In this document: piece after piece, positions 16,913-24,229 of the stretch | How the letters are laid out: each line of letters starts with the position of its first letter | Numbering within the stretch: the first letter of the stretch is position 1 | Virus record (IMG/VR): IMGVR_UViG_3300007094_000290 | Location: 1 to 24,229 of that record | DNA from: a virus | Taxonomy: Duplodnaviria; Caudoviricetes | Reading direction: 5' to 3' (one strand) | Length of the DNA: 24,229 bases | Notes under the pieces: generated by a model | Databases searched by the model: none | The model's input: the letters and a program-made list of their open reading frames with translations, nothing else | What the model was told of the DNA's origin: nothing | Made by a program: the position numbers and the translations under genes

Positions 16913-18219
16913 CGAGATCTGTCGTCCGCAAGCTTCGCTGCGCCGTCTACACCCGTAAATCCTCCGAGGAAGGGCTGGAGCAGGAGTTCAACAGCCTGCA
17001 TGCCCAGCGCGAAGCGTGTGAGGCCTTCATCGCCAGCCAGCGATCCGAGGGCTGGGTGCTTGTGCGGGACCAGTATGACGACGGCGGCATCTCCGGCGGC
17101 ACGTTGGAACGCCCCGGTCTGAAGCGCCTGATGGCCGACATCGAGGACGGGCTGGTCGATGTGGTCGTGGTCTACAAGATCGACCGCCTCAGCCGATCGC
17201 TGGCGGATTTCGCCAAGCTGGTCGAGGTGTTCGATCGGAACGGCGTGACCTTCGTCTCTGTCACCCAGTCCTTCAACACAACCACGTCTATGGGGCGGTT
17301 GACGCTTAACATCTTGCTGTCCTTCGCCCAGTTCGAGCGTGAGGTCACGGCCGAGCGCATTCGCGACAAGGTCGCCGCTAGCCGCAAGAAGGGGATGTGG
17401 ATGGGCGGGGTGCCGCCCTTCGGCTACAGGGTAGAAAACCGGAAGCTGCTGGTTGACGAGGACGCCGCCGCCCATGTGCGCTGGATCTTTGCCCGCTTCC
17501 TTGAGATCGGCTCCTGCACAGTGCTGGCCCGCGAGGTCGGCGCGCGGGGCATCGGCACGCCGCGCGGCAACCGGATCGACAAGAAGTACCTTTACCGGAT
17601 GCTTTCGAACCGCGCCTACCTCGGCGAGGCGGTGCACAAGGGCGACAGCTATCCCGGCGAACACGACGCCATCATCGACCGCGCGATGTGGGACCGCGTC
17701 CACGACATCTTGCAAGAGAGCCCGCGCAAACGCGCCTCTCGCACCCGCGCCGGCACGCACGCGCTGCTGAAGGGGCTGCTGTTCGGCCCGGATGGCGCGG
17801 CCTTCTCCCCAACCCACACGCGCAAGGGCGGGCGCTTGTATCGCTACTATGTCAGCCAGACCGTGCTGAAGCACGGCGCTGGATATTGCCCCGTCGGCCG
17901 CGTGCCCGCAGGGGTGATAGAGCGGGCGGTCATCGACCAGCTGCGCACTGTCTTCCGCCAGCCCGAGATCGTGGCGGGGACTTGGAAGGCGGCGCGTGCC
18001 CATGCCGAAGACATCACCGAGGCCGATGCCTGCGAGGCGCTGAACCGGTTGGATCCGCTGTGGGATGAACTCTTCCCCGCCGAACAAGCGCGCATTGTGG
18101 CGCTGCTGGTCGAGCGTGTCGACGTCGGTACGGAGGGATTGAACGTTCGACTTCGCGTAGACGGCCTCGGCGGCCTCGCGCGAGAGATGCAGACCGTCAG
18201 GATTGGAGAAGCGGCATGA
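16909..18219 (+). CDS. Large serine recombinase (resolvase + recombinase domains)
   Basis: AVYTRKS catalytic Ser, SGGTLERPGL, VYKIDRLSRS, FAQFERE, GGVPPFGY, YRYY. Confidence 0.92.
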   Translation: MTRSVVRKLRCAVYTRKSSEEGLEQEFNSLHAQREACEAFIASQRSEGWVLVRDQYDDGGISGGTLERPGLKRLMADIEDGLVDVVVVYKIDRLSRSLADFAKLVEVFDRNGVTFVSVTQSFNTTTSMGRLTLNILLSFAQFEREVTAERIRDKVAASRKKGMWMGGVPPFGYRVENRKLLVDEDAAAHVRWIFARFLEIGSCTVLAREVGARGIGTPRGNRIDKKYLYRMLSNRAYLGEAVHKGDSYPGEHDAIIDRAMWDRVHDILQESPRKRASRTRAGTHALLKGLLFGPDGAAFSPTHTRKGGRLYRYYVSQTVLKHGAGYCPVGRVPAGVIERAVIDQLRTVFRQPEIVAGTWKAARAHAEDITEADACEALNRLDPLWDELFPAEQARIVALLVERVDVGTEGLNVRLRVDGLGGLAREMQTVRIGEAA

Positions 18220-18623
18220 CCCGCAGAACGCCGCCCCCCGAGACCATCACGCTCCACGTGCCGTTCCGAGTCGTGAAGCGTGGCGGGCGGAAGGAGATGC
18301 ACTTGCCGGAAGGTGCCACGCAATCGCGGCAGACCGACAACACGCTGATCAAGGCGCTGGCCCGCGCGTTCCGGTGGAAGCGGCTGCTTGAGTCCGGAGA
18401 GTTCGCCACCATCGCCGAACTTGCTCAACGCGAAGGCATCGCCTCATCCTACGTTACCCGCGTCCTTCGTCTCAACTTGCTTGCGCCGTGTTTGGTTGAA
18501 GCAATCGTGGACGGAAAGCACGGGCCCGAGGTAACGTTGGCGCGCGTGCTGGAGCCGTTTGCGGTCGACTGGGAACTGCAGTCCAACACGTTCCTGAAAG
18601 GAAAAAACTTAGTTCCGCAATAA
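18216..18623 (+). CDS. hypothetical protein with HTH-like segment, recombinase-associated
   Basis: ATGA overlap; TIAELAQREGIASSYVTRVLRL. Confidence 0.75.
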   Translation: MTRRTPPPETITLHVPFRVVKRGGRKEMHLPEGATQSRQTDNTLIKALARAFRWKRLLESGEFATIAELAQREGIASSYVTRVLRLNLLAPCLVEAIVDGKHGPEVTLARVLEPFAVDWELQSNTFLKGKNLVPQ

Positions 18624-18728
18624 GGCCCCAAGTCTCAAAATACGCTCATTACTTGGAAATCACTTCCCGCAGTATGAAATGAAATTAAAATTTCAGGCCG
18701 CTTCAAGTCGCGCGAACGATGTTCGGAG

Positions 18729-19970
18729 CTATTTGGCTAGGCTCATGGCTCGCATCGTCTCACGAATGCTTTCCATTGGGTTTGTTAAATCTATCCCAAA
18801 TGCCCAAGCGCGACAGCCGGTTGCTGCGACGCCGAGCGGGGTGATAATTATCCCTTTTTCAGAGGGATAAAACAGCCCCGCTCTCTCTGCTCCACAAGCA
18901 GCCGCATGTGATATCAGTTGATAAATATCCGAAGCACTGGGCCATGTGTCGAAGTCTTTATACTTAGCATCTCCTATGGTCAGGCAGCCTTTCTGCAATA
19001 TTACAAGGTCTGGGTTTGATGCGTATCGTCTTGAGTGCTCAGGAAATAGTGGAGGCGGGCGTGTTCCGCCAGGCCATTCCGCCGCACTGGTAACCTTGGC
19101 CTCTTCACCAAGAGCATTCGATACTAACCTCCTGAGGAGCCGTTCAAAGAGTTCTTCGAGATTCACGAACCATGATCTTGGAATCAAACGGGTGCCCGCT
19201 TCCCCTAAGAATGCTGCCCCTTCAAGAACCGCAGAGGCTAGAACACCAGCTTCTTGTGCCGAATTGTCGCGTCGAAAATGATTGGTCCCTGCAACGCGCG
19301 CAGCCTCTTCGCGCAGCTCGCTTCGAGACATCATTGACGATGTCTTGGCGCTGAGGCCGAAGGACGAACGAAGCGCCCTAGCGCTAGCAGTTACATGTAC
19401 ACCGAATTCCGACGATGCGCCCGGCGTCGCAAGTACTCCCAGCGCGCCGAAGATCGAGCGGTTGAGCGGCGTGTCGTCATCCAGAACATTCCGCGAGAAA
19501 GCTACCCTGTGGCGTACCCCGCGCGCTCGCAGTCCGGCAGTCCTTCGAACATCGAGTCGTCCTGTGACGTATGCCCCAGTCAAGTGTTCCTCACGGTACT
19601 CAGCCTCGCCGCCGTGCGAAAGATATGTCCGAGTCGACGCGATTAGCATCGATGCAATCATTGCGTCTGGCCGCCCGGCCAATGATTCCCTCATGGTCGT
19701 TTGAGTAAGCTGAAAGCTATGTGGCGCAAGCGCGGAGAGAAGTGCATTAATTGCTCCAGGCACCTTCTCCACAATATTCACATCAATACCGCCAAGCGTC
19801 GCACGTCCCACGTACGCGCCAGCCTTAAGACGCCAACCGCTTTTTCGTCTTGCCGGCTCAGCACTCAATACTGCCTTGTCGACTAGGCTGGCGAAGCTGG
19901 GATCGTTGGAAATCGCCTCCCATTGCAGTGGGGAAAGCAGGGTTTCTCCTCGCTCGCGTACGTTGATCAT
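18729..19970 (-). CDS. mcrC: McrC-family PD-(D/E)XK nuclease subunit
   Basis: GRLDV, DTPLNR, NLEELFE, NPDLVI...GDAKYK, DIYQL, LFYP; TGATG coupling to McrB-like gene. Confidence 0.88.
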   Translation of the reverse strand: MINVRERGETLLSPLQWEAISNDPSFASLVDKAVLSAEPARRKSGWRLKAGAYVGRATLGGIDVNIVEKVPGAINALLSALAPHSFQLTQTTMRESLAGRPDAMIASMLIASTRTYLSHGGEAEYREEHLTGAYVTGRLDVRRTAGLRARGVRHRVAFSRNVLDDDTPLNRSIFGALGVLATPGASSEFGVHVTASARALRSSFGLSAKTSSMMSRSELREEAARVAGTNHFRRDNSAQEAGVLASAVLEGAAFLGEAGTRLIPRSWFVNLEELFERLLRRLVSNALGEEAKVTSAAEWPGGTRPPPLFPEHSRRYASNPDLVILQKGCLTIGDAKYKDFDTWPSASDIYQLISHAAACGAERAGLFYPSEKGIIITPLGVAATGCRAWAFGIDLTNPMESIRETMRAMSLAK

Positions 19971-20884
19971 CAGCCGGCTTGTTCCGTGTTCTCCCTGGAG
20001 CCCTCTGAAGGCGGTGGAAGTTCCTCATCGGTCGACGTCCGGGCTGCGTCTACAGGATTTGGGAGCACATACTTGTTGGATTTCGCCCACGGATAGGCAA
20101 GTTCAATTGTTTCGGCGAACTCATGCGGGTCTTGGCCTGGTCGATAGAGCATCCGCTGAATGCGTTGATGCCATAGGGAATGCAGATCGCCTTCTTCGTG
20201 CACCTCCGAAAATACACCGTGACCAAACGGCATACGGGAAGCGTAGAGTTCCCTATGCTCAGTTTCACATTTCCGAAATATGTCCCCCAGTTTTCGCAAT
20301 ACGTGGGGTGGCAGCGCACGCCCCTCCAGCATCTCTTCGAGTTGATCAGCGTCCGGCAAGAAGTCGATAATTCGCATCCTTCGAAGAAGGGCATCATCAA
20401 TGTTTACAGCTGAACGATCCGTGGGATTAAACGTTGTCATAAGAACTAGGTTCTCTGCAACTTGGACCGAAGTACGACTGAACATCGTCTCAAATGCACG
20501 GTTTCGATGTTCTACATAAGTAAGGATTTCGCCGAGTACAGACGAGAGATTGGCCCGGGTGAACTCTTCAATAAGCATTACATACCGATGATCTGGAAAT
20601 TTATCAGCTTCAGCGTCTTCATTAATTCTCAGAAAAACTCCCTTTTCCGGCCGTACGGATCCGTCAGGAGCAATACGAAGTCCTTCTATGAACTCCTCAT
20701 AGGAATATGATTGATGAAACTGGATCTCCCTGACCCGCGTTGGAAGCCTTGCAATAGCCTGCGCCGCCAAGAGCGCGACATGGCTCTTTCCTGAGCCTGG
20801 AGGGCCGCTGAGCGCGATTATGGATGTCTTTCCGTAACGTTCGCAGGTCGCGACGACTTCTGCGACCTTCTCGCTGGTCTTCAT
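19970..20884 (-). CDS. mcrB: McrB-family AAA+ GTPase lacking an N-terminal DNA-binding domain
   Basis: GPPGSGKS, QFHQSYSYEEFIEG, IEEFTRAN, NPTDRS (NxxD), DALLRR; Walker A only about 25 aa from Met 20884. Confidence 0.88.
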   Translation of the reverse strand: MKTSEKVAEVVATCERYGKTSIIALSGPPGSGKSHVALLAAQAIARLPTRVREIQFHQSYSYEEFIEGLRIAPDGSVRPEKGVFLRINEDAEADKFPDHRYVMLIEEFTRANLSSVLGEILTYVEHRNRAFETMFSRTSVQVAENLVLMTTFNPTDRSAVNIDDALLRRMRIIDFLPDADQLEEMLEGRALPPHVLRKLGDIFRKCETEHRELYASRMPFGHGVFSEVHEEGDLHSLWHQRIQRMLYRPGQDPHEFAETIELAYPWAKSNKYVLPNPVDAARTSTDEELPPPSEGSRENTEQAG

Positions 20885-20909
20885 GCGGTGCCTTAGTCTA
20901 CGCTTGATG

Positions 20910-21809
20910 TTAAGCGTAAACTGGCATCTGCGAGATGCCGGCGCAATGGGACAAGTGCTCGACGTAGTCACCCACGCTCGAAAACTCTCGATGCTGTCTG
21001 GTCACAGCAGCAGCGTCCCTGAGGATCTCCTCTGCCCACGATGAAGTGATCTGGAAGCCCACTTCGGAGCTATGCTCGTCGGAGATGAGCGTCCACCCGA
21101 AGGACGCCCACGACATCCAACCTCGGACTCTCCTGGCAGTCAGGGAACCGTCTTCTCCCCGTTCAAACGCTGGTTCCCCAATGACTTCAACGTTGCCCTC
21201 AAGCCGGGCAAACTTGATTCTCTCTATGGCCGATATCAAGTCAGCTTGGTTCTGGGTTCGATAGATGCCTCGATTAAGTTCCTCTCTGCTTATGCGCCCC
21301 CCCAAGGCAAGCATTGCGCGCCAGATGAATGCGAAAGGGAACACCTCCATCTCAGGCGAATATTTCCTTCCGTCAGGCGTAGGATTGCGCAGCTGTACTG
21401 CTGACAACGTTCTCGCTGCATGCCTAGCGATAACTCTTACGTTGGAGGCATCAATGCCATCATCCGCCCATCTCATCAGCTCCTTGCCCAACGCCGTCAC
21501 CCGAACCGCCGTTACGCCCCCCACTTCCTCGTCGTAGGCTAGTCCAGCGGTCCGAACTAGCTGCCGAAGGTCCCTGTAACGTTTTGCATCGGGCGCACCA
21601 GGCGTCCCGGTGGCGCCCGCCCGGCGCCTAGCACGCTCAATATCGCGCGGTAGCGCGGCAAGCACGTCGCTGTCGGTTACTCCATCACTCGACAAAAGAA
21701 CTCGAAATCCCCCTTCAGTGACAGTACGGTCAGAACCATGAGTTATCGCCCGCAAGAGGTCCGGGAAATTCCCGGTCATCCCGCCAGCCCAAGTGGTCAG
21801 TAGCGGCAT
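20910..21809 (-). CDS. Putative stand-alone DNA specificity subunit (LlaI.R1/BsuMI-R1-like role; AlwI-like recognition-domain motifs)
   Basis: VTALGKEL, QLRNP, FPFAFIWRAMLALGGRISREEL resemble winged-helix recognition domains; no catalytic motif seen; sits between MTases and McrB. Confidence 0.55.
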   Translation of the reverse strand: MPLLTTWAGGMTGNFPDLLRAITHGSDRTVTEGGFRVLLSSDGVTDSDVLAALPRDIERARRRAGATGTPGAPDAKRYRDLRQLVRTAGLAYDEEVGGVTAVRVTALGKELMRWADDGIDASNVRVIARHAARTLSAVQLRNPTPDGRKYSPEMEVFPFAFIWRAMLALGGRISREELNRGIYRTQNQADLISAIERIKFARLEGNVEVIGEPAFERGEDGSLTARRVRGWMSWASFGWTLISDEHSSEVGFQITSSWAEEILRDAAAVTRQHREFSSVGDYVEHLSHCAGISQMPVYA

Positions 21810-21812
21810 CTT

Positions 21813-22895
21813 TCAAGCTTTTTTCAGTAGGGGGGGAGCGTCATCTTCATCGAAAAGCGACGCATTCTCGAGCAGAGTTTGTCGCAGTGATATGCCAACC
21901 GCCTCGGCCAATGGGGGAGGAATGGCATTTCCGATTTGCTTTGTCATTTCACGTTTCGAACCGACAAAAACGTAATCGTCAGGAAACCCCTGGAGACGTG
22001 CTCCTTCACGTAGGGTAAGGTTCCTGTGCTCGAATGGATGCCCAAATCTACCACGCGTGAAACTATCAAACATCGCTGTGATGGTTCCAGCTGGCTTGTC
22101 AGGATGCAGTCGCCCATACACCGCACGATGTCCGATACGTTCAGCGCCCGCCTTGTGGCAGTTCGCCCGTAGCTCCAGCGGCAGATCTTCGAAGCCGCCA
22201 CCTGGTGGAACAGCTTCTATCCTCCGTCTGTTAAGAGGCGATAGAGGTGTCACGATGTGCAGAGGGTCAGCTGGCATCATACAACGCTCTTCAGCGGGGT
22301 GCGGTAGTCCTGCCAATGCCTCAGCGACAGTCTGATGCCGCAAAACGCGAGGCTCGGGAAATGCAAAAGCTCCTGAAACATCATGCCTTATGCCAACGAC
22401 AAACACACGCTTCCTCAACTGTGGCAGACCAAAATCAGCCGCATTGAGAACCTTCGTCCTGACCTCGTATCCCTGTGTTTGCGCGAGTTCCTCAAAACGA
22501 TTCAAGACCGTCCGTCCACGCACACCGAGAAGGCCGGTAACATTCTCCATAAGGAAAACCTTTGCGCGCACAGCCGCTGCCACGCGGACAAACTCCAAAA
22601 CTAAATCATTCCTGGCATCTTCGTCATCGCCAATTCGTTGAATAGAAAATCCCTGACAGGGAGGTCCACCGGCAACTAAGTCGACTTCCTTAGGCAGCCC
22701 CAGCCGACCAAGGCGCTCAGAGGTGAGCTCTGCCACATCCTCCATAAAACAGGGATGATGGCGAAAATTCAGACGATAGCTTCTTACTGCCGGCTCCCAT
22801 GCATCAAAGGCACCCACAACATTGAATCCAGCAGATTGCAGACCGAGCGACAGCCCTCCAGCTCCACAGAATAAATCAATGGCGGTAGGTTTCAT
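21813..22895 (-). CDS. C5 cytosine DNA methyltransferase (M2)
   Basis: DLFCGAGG, GGPPCQGFS, ENV, QLRKR, REGARLQGFPD, QIGNAIPP. Confidence 0.95.
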   Translation of the reverse strand: MKPTAIDLFCGAGGLSLGLQSAGFNVVGAFDAWEPAVRSYRLNFRHHPCFMEDVAELTSERLGRLGLPKEVDLVAGGPPCQGFSIQRIGDDEDARNDLVLEFVRVAAAVRAKVFLMENVTGLLGVRGRTVLNRFEELAQTQGYEVRTKVLNAADFGLPQLRKRVFVVGIRHDVSGAFAFPEPRVLRHQTVAEALAGLPHPAEERCMMPADPLHIVTPLSPLNRRRIEAVPPGGGFEDLPLELRANCHKAGAERIGHRAVYGRLHPDKPAGTITAMFDSFTRGRFGHPFEHRNLTLREGARLQGFPDDYVFVGSKREMTKQIGNAIPPPLAEAVGISLRQTLLENASLFDEDDAPPLLKKA

Positions 22896-24229
22896 CGTGC
22901 TGCCATTGGCTCATGGGCGGCCTGCCGGCCAGCCTTCAGAGCAGGAATTCTGCGAGAAAAAGTTGAACCTAGGGAGCCAGAGATGTCCATCTCACGATCT
23001 GTTACTTCAGCAGGCTTGCCAAACATTTCCCCAAGAATGTGAACAGCAAGGAAGGCGGCGAACGGCGGTGGCACCGCATTACCAACCTGCAGGAACGCTG
23101 AGCTCAGGCCCCCTGCGAACGTCCATGATCTAGGAAAGCCCTGGAGTAGGGCCGCCTCTCGCACAGATAGACCACGGTGTTGCTCAGGATGTACATACCT
23201 ACCGCTCGCCGGATTTCTTGCATGACCTGTTATAGTGATCGCTGGGCGGTCCCACCAAAGCCTGCTGTAGACATCCTTAAACGCCAACTCGCCTGTGCGT
23301 TCCGCGTAGCGACGTAGGCTCTCCGGGCCGACGTCAAATGGACGCCGCCCGCCGTCCAAAGGAACAGCTTTGATCGTCTCCACGGTCGAAGACTTGTGTC
23401 CCGCCGTATAGTGCATCCCATCCGAAGCGCAAACTTCCCCTGGATTAATGCTTGGCAGAAACTCAATTGCTTGCCGCACTGTGCGACGTTGCTCTCCTGT
23501 CAAGAATCCCCTTGGCATTTTGAATGGTCTCCGCATGCCAATCATTACGGCGCGATATCGGTGCTGAGGGACGCCGAAATCTGCCATATCGTGAGCGGTC
23601 AATACGACTTCGTAACCAGCGCTCTCGAGAACACGTCGCGCTTCAGCGACCACGGGCCAATAGCGGTCTGTCGCTACCTCCGGAACATTTTCGACAATGA
23701 CTACATCCGGAAGGATTGCGATCGCTGCCATTGCGAACGTAACAAATAGCGTGTTGCGAAAATCTGCTTCCCCTGCGGCATTCCTATGTGAGGAGAAGCC
23801 TTGGCATGGCGCACAGCCGATTAGCACGAGCGGAGCATCGGGCGCTCTTCGCGCCTCATGTACCACTTGAACTAAGCCCTCCTGGTTCTCAGAATATGCA
23901 TGCAAATCAAGCTTCAAGGGCTTGAGACCCAAGTTCGCTTCGTAAGTTTTCATTGCGACGTCATCAATATCAATGGCCGTCGCGAGACGATAGGCTGGCA
24001 AAAGCGCGTTCGCCGCCAAGAAGCCCGCAGACATGCCTCCGCATCCCGCGAACATGTCGACCACGTCCACGGGACCAGTTTTCGCAACCTTGGCGGCCGA
24101 CCACTGTTCGTCTAGCGACAGCGCAAGCTTAACACCTGCCTCACGTACTGCGTCACGGCTCTGCGCGAACTTTCGTAGCTGCGCCAGCGTCCCGCCGGGC
24201 TCTGTTGTCCCGTTCATGCGATCCGCCAT
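22892..24229 (-). CDS. C5 cytosine DNA methyltransferase (M1)
   Basis: DMFAGCGG, GCAPCQGFS, ENV, QHRYR, REAALLQGFP, QVGNAVPP; start at window edge, uncertain. Confidence 0.93.
   Translation of the reverse strand: MADRMNGTTEPGGTLAQLRKFAQSRDAVREAGVKLALSLDEQWSAAKVAKTGPVDVVDMFAGCGGMSAGFLAANALLPAYRLATAIDIDDVAMKTYEANLGLKPLKLDLHAYSENQEGLVQVVHEARRAPDAPLVLIGCAPCQGFSSHRNAAGEADFRNTLFVTFAMAAIAILPDVVIVENVPEVATDRYWPVVAEARRVLESAGYEVVLTAHDMADFGVPQHRYRAVMIGMRRPFKMPRGFLTGEQRRTVRQAIEFLPSINPGEVCASDGMHYTAGHKSSTVETIKAVPLDGGRRPFDVGPESLRRYAERTGELAFKDVYSRLWWDRPAITITGHARNPASGRYVHPEQHRGLSVREAALLQGFPRSWTFAGGLSSAFLQVGNAVPPPFAAFLAVHILGEMFGKPAEVTDREMDISGSLGSTFSRRIPALKAGRQAAHEPMAAR

Larger units (their letters stand above)
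1756..18623. mobile_element. Serine-recombinase integrative element (prophage early region or satellite/ICE-like); boundaries not determined
   Basis: Recombinase operon + regulators + phage-type replication operon + ori-like repeats + resolvase; no structural or conjugation genes inside the window. Confidence 0.75.

Noticed and set aside
16816-18087. 423-aa - strand ORF
   Set aside because: Antisense shadow of the serine recombinase.

Overview
GC-rich, probably alphaproteobacterial, prophage/ICE-like element flanked by two defence loci. Left end: a DarTG2 toxin-antitoxin pair. Centre: a leftward phage-type replication operon (Sak4-like ATPase, SSB-like protein, DUF6511, Cas4-like nuclease, RecD-like helicase, Toprim-VapE primase-helicase), then an iteron-rich putative origin, a RuvC-like resolvase and DUF6362. 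A divergent DUF2924/large serine recombinase operon lies to the right. Right end: a five-gene BsuMI/LlaI-like three-component McrBC restriction-modification locus with two C5 methyltransferases. The most interesting signal is a candidate induction cascade readable from the cis-elements. A LexA box precedes two uncharacterised genes, one with an OmpR/PhoB-like winged helix. Four 11-bp-phased repeats precede an ECF-like sigma factor. One bipartite 31-bp motif (TGGGACGGTT-N11-TGAGTAGAGG) heads both the replication and recombinase operons. Other signals are a shared MIDLN N-terminus on several replication proteins, an SSB-tail mimic, an orphan cargo gene with a structured leader, and a structured intergenic RNA. 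No virion genes or att sites are identifiable in the window. All family calls come from motif recognition, not database searches.
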